From Phoronis australis (lineage: Eukaryota; Animalia; Phoronida), in NCBI GenBank assembly GCA_002633005.1, contig NMRA01000003.1, forward strand, positions 905,452 to 969,451: a stretch of DNA of 64,000 nt, written 5' to 3'. Below the pieces are notes generated by a model that worked only from the letters and a program-made list of their open reading frames with translations, was not told the origin of the DNA and did not search any database. Position numbers and translations under genes: made by a program. Each line of letters begins with the position of its first letter. Within the stretch, counting starts at the first letter, position 1. Shown one piece after another: positions 28,201 through 42,800 of this stretch.

Positions 28201-31200
28201 TCCAACACAGGAAGGGTCTCCTGAGGAAGGAGCTCCAGTTGGTGATGAAACTTCAGCAGAAACAGAACAGCCTCCGACAGGTTAGAATGTAAAATCAGAA
28301 TTATACTTGGACTACCAAAAATATATTTTTTTGCAGTAATTTAACTTAAGAAGCCTCAATAAAACTGTCAGTATAATAACAAATGGACTTCGATGGTGGT
28401 TTGCTGATTAGTAAAATAAAAAAAATTATTAAACAAGATTTTTATTAAGTTCCATACATTCTGATGAGGTATTTGTATTTTTGTAAAAGAAAATGCAACT
28501 ACAAATTGGATCATTCACCAATAGTGGTCGAGAGATCTTGAGTAAGAAGCTGATCAGGAGTGCATACATGTATGCCTGATATAAACTGCTTTCTTAAACT
28601 CACTTGTCATATGTTGCAGTCAAATACAGATATTTCAAGTCAACCAAGTACATTATTTTTCTAAGCAGCCTTCTGTTATTGTCTTTTTCACGTTTGTAGT
28701 GAAAGATGATATTTTTTGTCCATCTTGACATGCTTTAAAATGTTTGCTTTTCAGAAGCTGGGGTTGAAGCTGAGAAACCTACTGAAGAAACAGCAGGAGA
28801 GGGTGAACAAGTACCCGTGGACGATACTGGAGAGGATGGTGCGCCAGCAACAGAGGGAGCCACTGAGGGAGAGGAAGCTGCTGTAGCAGAAGATGAGTCC
28901 GGCACTCCCGTACCGCAGGTTTGTACAGTCACACTCTGCTGGTGTACACATACATGGCATTCATAAGTTGTTAACTAATAGCATATTTGTTGCGTTTCAT
29001 TTTTGGTCATAGATTGATATGTCACCAATAGTGATTGGCAAAATTGTCCTTTTTGTCGTGAGTGGCCACAATACTTTGTCATTAATTGTGGTGTAGATGG
29101 TGATCATAGGAAAACATTCAGTCTGTGTTTTAGTATATGATTGTATTATCTGTAATCCCAAACTAATGATACCCTAATTATGCCATAAACATTGTCTGTT
29201 GGCTGCATAGCCCTGTTTGGATGTTAACTGTGACACGGTGCAAACTGACACGGTGCAAGATGATCAGTGTCAAGCAACCATTTATACACACTATGCTGAA
29301 ACAGTGGCTTGAAGGAAGTTGTAGGTAGGAATGTGGAGTGCACATGCTCAATGTTACAAATTGCGGCAGTTGAAGTTTGAAGTTCATGTTGAGAAAGAGA
29401 AAATGGTGCAAGTTTTTCCATTTTAATGTACTTAGTCCCTCGCCCAGTCGCCAGTGCAACTAAAAAGGCACTGAGCGAGTGGAAGTTCACCATATGTTTG
29501 CCCAGGTGGTGAGCATAGATATGACGCGAAAATGGTCACCCGTAAGTACATTATGATGCAAACGCACATTAACACGATTGCATCTGTCTTATCTCAGTTT
29601 TGCGTTTAGACATATACATGATACGGTGCTATGTGTTTGGGCACAAGTTGCTCTACCTCAAAACCTGGTATCAATTTGTTCCATGCCAGTTCTGTTCACA
29701 CAGTGTTGTTGTGCCGTGTCAAGTTGCTCCGTGCCAACTTTTGTAGCGTTAACGGCACTTAAATCAGACCTGGTAGGTTGAACGACACCTTCTTAATAGT
29801 TTCTTCAACATTAGCTGGCATTCTATTTGATGAGTAATCGAAACTTTCACTTCGCTGGTCAGGTTTGATTGGGTTTTGGTACAAAATTTCACAAACTGCA
29901 GAGCCATCGTGGGTTAAAATTCTTTGTATCACTTCATTATCTCACATAATCTCTTCTCTGTGGTACTTATCCAATAATTTTGTTCTCTTCTTCAAGAGTA
30001 ACGCAATACTTTTGTAAAGCATTAGCGACCAGCAGAGGTTTTAGCTCCAGAATGATGATACCAACTGTCGTGATCTATTGTGACATCTGCACTCTCCTAT
30101 TCACTTTATTTATGTTTGTATCCAGCAACTTAGTAATATTGTATTTGTCTAGGTTGAAGTTTAGGTACTCCTCAAACTTTTGAATAGTCTATATTGTAAA
30201 ACTTTTTATTTTTTCGTTCAGGCTGACACATTCACTGAAGGAGAACGCGCTGAAAGTCCTGTGGCAGTTGGTGAGAAATTATCACGTGAACCAACACCTG
30301 ACAAAGAGGCGGTGGATGTTGCGAATGAATATCCACAAGCTGCAACCCCAGAACAAGGTAACCTGTCATATCACACAAACACATTGAATGTATCCTTAAA
30401 CTATTAACTCCTAGTCGATTAGTCCTTCTACATAATTACTTGTTTCTATGGAGACAGATTAACTCTAATTTGATACGAATCCTTACATATTGGTGACGAA
30501 CATTGATAAGAGTGGCCAAGGTTTTTGTATTTCTGTGATGAAAACCCAACTGATCTCTTGTAATCAAAGTGCATGTTTATAGACTCTCACTTATTTTGTT
30601 TCAACTGTCTCCAGAAGAAGAGAAAGAGGAAGAGTTAGAAGAGTATGAACTTGAGGACGACCTTGAGATTGAGGAACCAGAGCACGACAGAGAGGAACTC
30701 ATACGACAATATCATGTGAGTGGTCCATTGTGTTAGATGTGTCATTAAACACTAACTCGAATTACAATACATGAGTTGTCCATTGTGTTAGGTGTGTCAT
30801 TATACACAAACTCATTGGACAATGCATGAGTTGTCCATTGTGTTAGTTGTGTCATTATACACACGATATAACAATATCACTTTGTGTTTGCCATTGCATT
30901 GAACACATACAGCAATGTCCAATGTGTTTTCCATGTGGCACAAAGTCATACGACAATATCACGTAAGTTGTCCACTGTGTTAGCCATGTAATTATATATA
31001 AACTCATACGACAAAGTCGCATAAGAAGTTCACAGTGTTTGTAATGTATAGAACTCATATGACAGTATCAAGTGAGCAGTTCATTATGTATGCCATATGT
31101 CACTATCGAACTACAACAACATCACGTAAGTGTGGTCCATTGTCTCAGGTACATCAGTTTTGATCTCATATTGCAATATCACAAGATATCAATTGTCTTA

Positions 31201-34200
31201 CATGTCTGTAGCCTACATATGACATCATGACTCATAGCTCTTCAAGCGGCAGTAAACCTGCACTCTGTTAAAGAAATTAACATTTTGATTTTGACCACTA
31301 ATATCGCTATAAAACCGAGTTCAATTTGTTCCTTACTCATATGAGAAGTGCTTTTTGGTCTCTCAAAGAACTGTTAGTCCATTGTTGCTCGAGAAAATGC
31401 TCGACAAATAAAATGACATGTTATCAACTTGTAAAAGCAATAATGGGCTGTCAGTTCTTTCTAAGATTGGAAATCCCACCTATTGTGATCAAGGAGAAAT
31501 TCTGAAAACAATTTCTTAACGGTAAGTTGTCTAAATCAAAATTTGTTTTTTGACACAGAAGTTGGGTTTATAGCTGGATGCTTTATCTGGAAATGTAACC
31601 AATTTTGATGAGAAGCGTACAGGTCTAAACTGCAGCCTCTTGAATGGATTGCTTTAAGGCTTTGTGTTGTAAAGGAATGAGATACTCATCAACAGGAGAG
31701 TGCTGTGTAGATTCAAAAGATGATTAGGCTTTGTGATTTCAGGAATTAAGCCATGTCCAAATTAGAGACGTCTTGTTGTGTGGAATTTGCTGTGCGAGTT
31801 TGAAGGATGGTGAGGCATTGTCATAGCTGTGTGTTGTGGTTTTGGAAGGCCATGTGCAATTGAGAGAATTTTAATTGAGTACCAGAGTGCTGTGTGACTT
31901 CGAATGTTAAGGGTGTGTTGTGGTTTCAGGAAGCCATGTCCAAACGAGAAGCACTACAGCAGCAGAACCACCAGCTGCAGCACAAACTGGCCGATTACTT
32001 CAGGAAGAAGAAACAAGACGATCAGAGACAAGATGTGGACAAAAATGTGAGCGATCAAGAGCAGCGCTACTTGAAGTATATGGGTAGGTTTAACTGCAAC
32101 GATAGTTCTAGGATTTTGTTCAAAAGTAACTTTGTGATGGATTCCATCCGATGGTGGTGCGGTTTTGTGCAAGATCAAATGGAAGTAAACACTGGTGAAC
32201 TGATATCTCACACTCAGGGTTACCATAGAATCATATACACCAGTATTGCAACTTACGCACGAACCACCTATGAACCCATGAATCATGCATACGAATCCAA
32301 AACTCACGCATGCAAGCAAAAATCATGCGCATGAACCACAAAAATCATACGAACACAAATCATACGCATAAGCATCCAAATCATGTGCATGAACCACCAA
32401 ACAATAAAGTGTTCTTGCGTGTGATTCTATGGTCGTGTGTATGATTTTGTGTTTAGTTTGCATAATTTTTGTTCATGTGCATGATTCGTGGGTTCGTTTG
32501 CATGATTCATAGGTTCGTAGCTGGCTCGTGCACAAGATGCGATGTTTGTGCATATCTATGGGACGGCTGGCACTGCAAGATGCAAAACTTTCTGCATGGT
32601 TTTTGTAACATTACTTATTAGATTGAACAACTGACAAGTTTAGTATTGGCTATTTTTTCCAGTTTGTGTTTTGTACTGCACTTCTTCAAGGTTGACCATC
32701 AGGTTAAGTAATTTAGATTTTGAATCTATACAAGGAAAATGATCTCAAAAAGGCTACACTTTTTGTTGTTAATTCCAGCAAACTTGGAAGAGTTGAGAAG
32801 ACAGGATGCTGACATGCGCGAGAAGACAAAGTTACATATTGAAGAGATACGAGAAAGGTGTGAGGACAAACAGACAAAAGTGGACTTTGAGACCCAACGA
32901 TATTCCGAGTTCAAGAAGCAGGTTGCCCTTAATGCTATCAACTCCCGTTCTGGCAAACCAATAGTGCCAAAGGTACTCAGACATGTTTTACTACCTCTTA
33001 ATATCACTTAAGTGTCGCCATTAGTTTGCCACAAATTCATCTATCGGTCAGCCTGTGTAGCTGGGGAAAAATAATCTTTTCACTGTGAACACTAAAAGAA
33101 GTTATTGGTGTTCATGTTGCACCTTATGTGTTTGACTCTCTTTTCCCAGCAACTGGTCAGGAGATTAATTTGATTTTTCACTGTGCTGTACCAGAGACAT
33201 CATCATCCTCTTTTTATGTTGTAGGATATAGAAACATATCTCGCCAATGAAGCGAGAAAAGAAAATGAGGTCATAGCAGTGCGTCTTGAAAATATCAAAC
33301 TCAAGAACAAACTAAAGAAAAAGGAGCAGCAATTGAAATCTAAGGTAAGACAGCTCATGGGGTCTTGATCATTAGAAGCAATTGAAATATAAGGTAAAAC
33401 AGCTCATAGGGTCTTGTTCATTACTAGAGCAGTAATTGAAGTCTGATGTAAGGCATCTCACTGTGTATTGTTTGTAAAAAGCAAGAGTATAACAGATCTT
33501 GCATGGTTGTTTACTGTTCAAGAAGGAGCAACACTTGTAAACAAATTGACTCTAGTATAGACATCATGGTCCGTTTACTGTAACATCAGAGAACTGGTTT
33601 TCAGTTGGACATGTGAAGTTGTGAACTTCTTCTTTTTTAATCTGTGCATAGATGTTCATGTTATTTTCCCTTGAGCTGAAATAATTTTCAATCAGTTAGT
33701 CTTACATTCCTTGGAACTCATTGATTACAGGAAGAGCTAGCAGAAGGTCTCCACTTGATTGACTTTGAACAGCTCAAGATAGAGAACCAAACATATAATG
33801 AAAAGATTGAGGAGCGAAATGAGGTAATTAATTTGCTATCGGATTAAGGTGTTTTGACATTGTATGATGCAAATGTTCTTGTATCCTGAGTAAAATCCCA
33901 ATACAGGAGAATAAGTATTGTGTTAAAGTTGCTTTTCTATTTATGGCTTTCAGTACCTCAACATTAATATTCGTTGGGAATATTAAGAAATGTGGGGTTT
34001 AATTCAAAGATATGAAGTGCTTTGACGTGTTTGCCGTCATAAAAGGTTCAAAATAGAGAAAATGTATTTTTCATGAAACACCGATACTGTTTTACGAGGC
34101 GAAATGTGATAGTTTGGAGAAGGGTTTCTAGTTCAGGACCACGAACTAATCAACTTCTCTCTGTACATGCCACATTCTTGGTTTTTCAGGAGTTACTAAA

Positions 34201-35092
34201 GCTTAGGAAAAAGATCACTAGTACTGTGCAGGTTCTTACTCATTTGAAAGAAAAACTTCAGTTTGTTCAAGCCGAGAATCAAGTCCTGAAGGGAAGTCTG
34301 CGTGACATTGAGGGAACCGTGGCAACAGTAAGTTCACCACTGTTCAACATGGAAATCAATGAGGCCCCTTCCTTCGTTAGCATTGCCAAGCAAATGTCTA
34401 GTCTCTCATTGCACCTGATCAGTTATAAAATTTTATTTATTTTTTCTTACACGTGGAGTTTTTTAAGTGGAAAACAACTTGAAAAGTTTTGTTTCTAAAA
34501 CATTCGTTTCAGACTGCTCTTATGTCTGAATATAAACTGTTTTTGCCATTCCCACCATATTAAATTGTTTGCATTAAATGTGTAGAACACTTATAAAGGT
34601 AGACTTTTAGGAAGCAGTGGGGGCAGACACAGTGGAAAAAATCAAAAGTGTCATAACCTGAAAAGAAAATAATTTAGAAAACTGTAAAAAACGTTTTTAG
34701 ATTTCATCTCGTACATATATGTCAAACAATATTTGGTCATGTTATCAATAGTGTTATCAATACTGTTTTTTTTAAATGGATGTATGTTTCTTTTTGCTGA
34801 AGTTTCGTTAAACATGTGTCATGGGCATTGTCATCGCCTCTTTCAGAAACGAGATATTTTGTCAAGAACAAAACAAGCTAGGGATGCATTGAGAATTGAT
34901 AACCACAGACTGCGACAAAATTGTGGACTGCTTGGAAATATACCTTTGTTAAGAGATTTTGAAGAACGAAAAGACGAAAGTGACGATCTGAAAGCCAAAT
35001 TGGACAGACTAAAAATGGAACATGCAGAGCTGACCTTGAATGCTTCCAGTTTCAGGAGGAAAATCGAACAAGCTCGCTCTGGACAGATGTAA
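25285..35092 (+). CDS. CCDC96: Coiled-coil domain-containing protein 96 (CFAP184, DUF4201), 12 coding exons, long acidic Glu/Pro/Ala N-terminus
   Basis: Exons 25285-25296 (MADQ, least certain), 27269-27491, 27984-28280, 28755-28918, 30222-30357, 30615-30715, 31930-32083, 32779-32972, 33225-33344, 33731-33823, 34190-34327 and 34847-35092, all GT-AG and phase-consistent. Signature EELAEGLHLIDFEQLKIENQTYNEKIEERNEELLKLR...VQVLTHLKEKL and GLLGNIPLLRDFE. Confidence 0.92.
30695..31200 (+). repeat. Degenerate ~55-60-bp tandem repeats derived from the CCDC96 exon 6 end plus splice donor
   Basis: The unit ACTCATACGACAATATCA(T/C)GT(G/A)AGT(T/G)GTCCATTGTGTTAG..GTGTCATTA recurs with decay through the intron. 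Confidence 0.75.
32222..32562. mobile_element. Palindromic MITE-like element with internal ATGAACC/AATCAT sub-repeats
   Basis: The left part (CCATAGA...GCACGAACCACCTATGAACCCATGAATCATGCA) is an imperfect reverse complement of the right part (TGCATGATTCATAGGTTCGTAGCTGGCTCGTGC...TCTATGG). Confidence 0.55.
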
Positions 35093-36817
35093 AAGACTTT
35101 TCCATACATCTTTGCACATTTTGTGATATTGACCTTTATGTGAAACATGTCACTCTCGTACTTTTTAAAATATATTTATTAAACTGTTAGTTTCGTAGTA
35201 GTTGTGAAACCTTCGATGGCGGACAGTTGTGAAACAGTAGCAATTGGTGATTTGGAATGATTGACTGCTATTGCTAACTGGCTGACAAGGCTGGAGCAAC
35301 TGTACGTTTTGTGCAGACCATCACAAATTAAAGTGCGTTTCATCATGTTGTCACGTGCTTCTGTGTTACCCCATTAAAAAGTTAATTCAAGTATCCCCAT
35401 ATTTTTTTACAATATTTCTTAAAGTCCTGCTTGAAAACTACCACATGACCAACGTGGTGTGTGAGAGGCTAATAACTACTGATGCCATATCAACTGGCTG
35501 ATCTATAACATAACGTTTTATCTTACTTTGAAGTTGGCCATTTTGACCCACTGTTGTAGCACTCAGTGCCTAGATTCTAGTCTTGGTATGCAACAGGTGA
35601 TCCAAGTAATTACTGTGCACTACAGCTTAGGTTGACATTGAAATATAACAGTACACGTGGTATGATCAAACTGCCCCAAATATGGCATACAAGTGAAGAC
35701 CCCTTAACATTTGGTTGAGATTTGCCCTGCCTGTTGAAGCCTTTGCAGCATTCTACTTGATGGACACAATCTGTTTTAAAGAAAACACCAGACCATACCG
35801 ATTAGTCTACAATTTCTTGAAAAAAGTGGGCAGATTGGAAGGCTTCAGCTATGAGGAATCCTTCACCCATCATAATCACTTTGTGAACTAACAATGGCAG
35901 ACTGGAGGAAGTTGATAACTTAATTCCACAGCCTTCCGCTCTCAGAAAATATAGTCACTGGGTTAAACGCTTTTAAATTTGTAGATGTTTGGCTAAGTGC
36001 TGACATGTTGATAAGGTTACACGTAACTGTAAACATGAGAAGTGAATGGTTTTTCATCATGTCAAGTGCATGGCTTCACTTCTAACAGTAACATCTCACC
36101 AGTTTTGGACAGTTACCAAACGTGCCTTTTTTCACAAGCTTCTAACTTGTTGTGAATGCCACAATTTTTCACCTTGTGAGATGGTGGATGTGGTACAAGT
36201 CTACAGAGAAACATTAAATTTGGTACTACATATGTTTCATGGGGAAAAATGTAAGCTAAAATTTCACTTGTTGGCCACACTGTGTCCATAAGTGGTGAGA
36301 TTTCACCATAGTCATAATTTAGACATATATTAGTGTTTAACACAGCAAGCTGGCAGCAACAGTTGTCTGCCCATGTGACCAGTGGTTCGCAAGAGTGTTA
36401 TATTAATGGCTGAAGTTTAATTTGGGAGAGATTTACCATAAAAAAATTGTCTGAAGGTTGTAGAACTATATTGTGCAAAATTTCACATACATCACTCACA
36501 TGCATACAAACAGACATACTAGCTTATTGAAACTTAAGGATACAATATACTGATATGAAGATAGATAGGTGTGTTACAGAAAGCTGGAGTCACACACCAG
36601 CAGGTGTAGTCTTAGTTGACAAACTTTGAGATTCCCTTCAGTTCTTGGAAATTGTTTCATGATTGCAAGTTAATGTGCAACAGCATTTGATTTGATATTT
36701 TCACCTAAAAAACCAAGTTGATCCTATGGATATGGTCACCGCACTGCCATCCACCAATGCAGCGAAAAATAAGTCAGCTCATTTGGCCATAATGAAGACA
36801 AACTACAAATGGTGTCA

Positions 36818-39800
36818 TCAGACAAGGTGCTCCATTTCATGCCTGGTGTCAGAAGCGTAGCGTTCAAATTCTTTTATCTTTTCTTCAGCTGCTTTCATCT
36901 GAAACAAGAGCAATGCTGAGCGTTGAAATATGCCCACGAATGCACTGCAAACAATGTGCTTCTAGAGTTGTTCATTTCTATCGTGAAAATGGCCACTAAA
37001 TGGTGCAAAACATCCACTCCATCAGAAAACGGAACATGCCATCGGTTCTTTAATAGAAAGATATTAACCTAATTTCCTAAAAATCTGTCAATGATCTTCA
37101 GAGAAGCAAAGGAAAGCAGAAAAAAATGAAATTGCCACTAGGGGGCGCAGCGTCCACCTCAAAGTCGTCATCTATATAAATACACTTACTAAAGATCCTG
37201 CATCGGGTTTAGGAGATACAGCTACGGCAGCAAAACAAAACAAAACTACCACTAGGAGGACCTTTGAAGGTACAAAGATAAACATAAAAAACTAAAATTG
37301 CCACTAGGGGACGCAGTGGTTATTCGATTCCATGCGAAAGTTGTCACTGTCCGTTGCCACCATCATATAAATACACTTGCTAAGTTTAGAAAAGATCCGG
37401 CAAATGGTTTAGGAAATACAGCCATGGGCGCAAAAAAACAAAACTGCCACTAGGAGGTGTCACAGTAATCAAAATCGACGGAAAATCCTCGTCAGCCATC
37501 CTCTTGATGGTAAGAACATACGTGCCAATTTTCATAATCATCCTTAGAGCGGTTTGGTTGATAGAGGGGTGGACGCCAAAAAACATACTTGAAAACAGTA
37601 AAAACGGCCACTAGGTGGGGCAAACTACGTCGAATCCATCCGAAAACAAGAGGATAGTTTCATCTCACTAATAGATGCCTATGTTCCAAATTTTCCGAAG
37701 ATAGAGGTAAGCGTAAAAAACTAAAATTGCCACTAGGGGGCACACTGGTAGTCGGAGAGGTCCGAAATTCGTAGTCATTGGTTGCGAGTTTCATAGGAAC
37801 ACAACTGCCAAATCTCATCAAGATCCTGTGGGGGTTTAGGAGATACAGCTGAGGACGCCGGACGCTCGGACAGACAGAAATGACGGCAATATGCGACCAC
37901 ATACAAATATGTGGGCGCATAAAAATTGCATTTTTACAGACACACACTTTTTACAAAACGTGATCCAAGTTCTCACAAGTCACTGCATCCTAGCCCAACA
38001 CATGGACATCATGGTACATGGGGAGCCCCTGTCCTAAGTATGATAACGTTGAAACACCTCAACATTTGGAGTTTTGCCCAGTTGTTGACTAAGGAGCATG
38101 CAACCGAATGGCCCTATAACATGTATAATTTCGTAAGACACAGGCTTTCGTGAATAACCCAATGACCAATTGATAGAAGGGCTCTTGCTACGGTAAAATC
38201 TTAACAGTTAGGGACAAAAATTTTGCTCAGGTGTTACAATCAAGGGCCTCCCTCTATGTGGCCTCGTGTTGTCTAGTTTCCAGTCTGCAGCCTTACTCCA
38301 ATTTCAGTAAAACTTCAAAGCATTAAAAAGTTTTGAAAAAATAGGATTCAAAACAGTCAACTCCTAATAAATGCTGACTCAAATTGTGAGTGTACTCCCA
38401 TGTCTGTCCACTCACATCGGCCTACTTACTAGTCGGTTGACTTGTCTTGTGGCTTCTAACTTGAGGAACTCTCCCATAGTTATGTCGTCCATGGTTTTAT
38501 TGAGAGCCAGGAAGGCACACTTTGGAGAGTGTTTTCTGTGCTCATCCCTACCAATATGATACCAGCAATAAAAAACAAATAATTATCACAACAAAATAGA
38601 CACTATAAGACCTACTGATTACAAAAGCAATGCAGAATGTTGACACGCGGATATCGAGTGAATCGTCATTAGAAGCAAACAGGTCAATTTTCAAAGAGTT
38701 ATACATTGTTTGACAACAGGCAACAAAGTTTTTTTGCTGTGATGGAACATTTTGTTGTCCTTATTCAGATATTATTGATATTTGTCACGACAAGACTGCG
38801 ATACTGCATATGCTCAAAATGTAGCCACAAATTTATGGCAAGGACTTTAGAATAGAAATCTTGATAATACAGTGACAGAGTTTAAATTGAGTTTTCACTT
38901 TTTGATGAGAACTTTCAACTGACAAAATGGCATTCATTTATCTCTAATCCTATGCTCAAAATTTGTAATACTTCAATTTCCATACTTTGCTTTTAAAGGT
39001 CTCAGCCTGTGTGTTTGACAGCCTTTGAGATTGAGTATAAGGAATACTGTCAAAGAATGATGCAGATCCATGTTTTGAAGATATGTGTATTTGGTATTGA
39101 TAAAGCCTAAACATTGAACTAGAAATCGAATAAACAGCTCAGGACAAGCACAATATCGACCTTGAGAAGTTTGATTTCACTAATTCTTGACATTGCATTG
39201 TTTCCCATACAATACAGTAGCGGATCTAGGATACCATATGGGGGGCCCAACATGTTGCCTCGGGGAATTGGGCAAAGCACGATTGTATGTGCACAGGCGG
39301 CCCGAAAGTTGTGGGGGCCGGGGATGTTCAGAAAATCTATCGGTGGACTACAGAAAAAAAAAAACAAAAAAAAAACGGGAACACGATCCCGCTACGATCT
39401 GGGGTCTGAGCCCCCCTCATCCGCTACCGGTCCTAGTTACTGAACTCGATATTTCCTCACGCTACACGCTTTTGCGGTTTCATTTTACTTGTGGCAGCCA
39501 ACAAGGGGGGGGGAAGAGCGCCCCCCCCCAAATAAGCCTATGCAATACAAACATAAGCAGCTGTACAGCGGACTACGTACATAGGATCATCATCAGGTTC
39601 CCAGCCGTCAAGCTCCTTGAAACATAGAAAGCACTTGACGGCGTCAGGCTCTTGAGGACTTGGACAGTGGTAAAACCCTGCAGCCGCCATCTGAAAACAA
39701 AACGGACATCAATCTGAAAAACACTGTTACGGTTTTCATTTTAAATGCCTATTTTTCGGGTATCGTAAGAAAGACGAATACAACTGCAATTTTTTACAGA

Positions 39801-42800
39801 AATACTTTACACCTTGCAAGCAAGTTTGGTACTGAAACCAAAGTAAACGAAAAACTGAAATTTCCTAATAAAATTTTTGAGGTAAATTGTGAAATTTTCA
39901 TTTAAAAAGGGTTTCATTAAAATCAATCGAAAAGTTATTTTGCTGTGTATGTACCTTTCTCAAATATAAAACATACTTTTTTATATGCGCTAACTGCGAA
40001 GCGATACCGAAGCTAGTTTGCAGTGAAACAACACGTGTATGTGAGATAAAAGGTCATATATATTATGACAAACTAAACTACTACAGATATCGATAAATAC
40101 AAAAGTTATATAATATGTTGAACTGTAAAGGTGGGTGACAATCTGCCACAGATGCAGCAGAAGGATGCATAGGCCCACACAAGGGAAAGCGAGCAAGGCT
40201 GACAAATGTAGCTAACTAAAAGTAGTCACGAAAATAAGAAAAATATAGACATGGAGTGGGACAGCTGAGCAGCATAGAGCGACACAACAAGGTGTCAAAA
40301 TCATAGTAACTGAAACCGTAGAGGAATATAACTTTTATATTATCCCTGATCTTTTTTCTTTCAGAAAACATATACTTTATCAGTTGACATTACTTGTTTT
40401 TTAAATATGAGTCAAAATGGAGGTCATTAAATAAGGTTTGAGATAAACTTAACACTCCTCAGGCAAGCACCTGCCAATGTCCCTCCCGAACAAAAACACA
40501 AGAGCAATGCTGAGCATTGAAATGCGCTCACGAAAGCACCGCAAACAGTGTGCTTCTAGGGTTTCTTATTGGTTTCATAAAAATGGCCATTAGATGGCGC
40601 AGAAATGCCTAATCAATCTGAAAACGGGAACATGCCATCACTTTTACAATAGAAAGCTATTTGCCAAATTTCATAAAAATCTGTCAAGGAACTTAATGGA
40701 AACAAAGGAAAACGGAAAAAATTAAATTACCACTATGAGGCACAGCCTTCATTAGATCCGCCTGAAAGACATTGTCGTCTGTTGCTAGCTTCATATAAAT
40801 ACAATTATTAAATTTAAGAAAGATCATGCAGTGTGTTTAGGAGATGCAGCTATGGGCAAAACAAAAAAACTGCCATTAAGTGATGCCGTAATAGTCAAAG
40901 TCGTTATCGTCAATCGGCCTCTTCACACTGAAAACATATACACCAATTTTCAAAATCATCCTTATAATGGTTTAGTTGATAGAGGGTTGGACGCCAAAAA
41001 ACAGACTTGAAAACAGCCAAAATGTCCACCAGGTGGCGCAAAGTACCTTAATTTCATTCGAAAACGGGAGGATAGCATCATCTCACCAATACATGCTTAT
41101 ATTCCAAATTTTCTGAGGACCTTTGAAGATACAAGGGTAAACCTAAAATAATAAAATTGCCACTAGGGGGTACACTGGAACCAGAAGTCAAATCTGTCCG
41201 AAAGTTGTAGTCATTTGTTGTCAACATCATATAAATACACTTGCTAAATTTAGTAAAGATCCTGCAAACGGTTTAGGAGATACAGCCATGGGTGCAAAAA
41301 AACCAAAACTGCTACTTGGAGGCGCCACAGTTGTCGAAGTGGTCGCAAAATCATTGTCAGCTGTCCACTTCGTATTAAAAACATGCATGCCAATTTTCAC
41401 AATCATCCTTAGAGCGGTTTGATTGATAGAGGGGTGAATGCCAAAAAACTCAATAACAGTAAAAATGGCCACTAGCCACTAGGTGGCGCAAACTATGTCA
41501 AATCCATCGGAAAATGAGAGGATAGCGTCATCTCACTAATACATGCCTACATGCCAAATTTTATGAAAATACTTTAACGACATTTGAAGATACAGAGATA
41601 AGCGTAAAAAACTAAAATTGCCACTAAGGGGTACACCGGCAGTCAGATCCATCCGAACGTCATTGTCATATGTTCTCAACATCATACAAATACACTGTCT
41701 AAATTTAGTAAAGATCCTGCAAACAGTTTAGGAGACATTGCCATGGGCGCAAAAAACAACACTGCCACTAGGAGGCGCCACAGTAGTCAAAGTCGTCGGA
41801 AAATCACCGTCAATGGTCCTCTTTATAGTAAGAACATACATGCCCATTTTCACAATCATCCTTAGAATGGCTTGGTTGATAGAGGGGCGGACGGCAAAAA
41901 ACGAGACTCAGAAATAGTAAAAATGGCAGATGGCTCAAAAGGCTTCAAATTCATCCGAAAACGGGAGGATAGCGTCATCTCATTAACACATGCCTAAGTG
42001 CCAAATTTTATGAAAATCGGTTGAGGAACTTTGAGGCAGACGTAAAAAACTAAAATTGCCACTAGGGGACACAGCGGTATTTGGGTCGGTCCGAAACTCG
42101 TTGCCCTCTGTCGTCAACCCCATAGAAACACACCTGCCAAATTTCAATACGATCCTGCTAAGGGCTTAAGAGATACAGCCGCGGATGCCGAATGCCCAGA
42201 CAGAGATGACGGCAACGTACTGGCATATGAATATGTAAGCGCATAAAAATTACTTCAATTTAAATATGAATGACCTTTCATTGAACCCACAGTTGGTTTA
42301 GCATCTGTCCAGGAACCCAAGCAGTTTTCCGAAAAATCGATTAAGCTACAGGACCATCGTCATCAAAAGTAGTAACATTAATTCTCAAGCTGCAGAAGCT
42401 CAACCAGGTTCTCAAACTGGGAGAATTTCACTGCACCGGAGTATTTCACCATATCAGAATTTCACTTGCTTGCATAAATCTCCACATTGAGATAATTTGC
42501 TCCCACAACTTGAAAATTAATTGTTGTTATTCCCAGAAAAGTTAATTTAGTCAATGGTGAAATTATGTTAAAATGGACATTTTGACAAATTTCTAGGATG
42601 TTCGTTGTTACTTGATTTGATTGTACAGTGCTGTTGATCATCTACAACTGCTGTTGATTTACAGTACTGTCAGATTATTCACTTCAACACGAGCTGAAAA
42701 GAGATGATCAGTCTGTCAAACCAACTTGACCTGGTCAATTTTTAATGCCTGTCGCCAATCTTGAATTCTCCTGATTAAATATAACTTTACCCTAAACACC

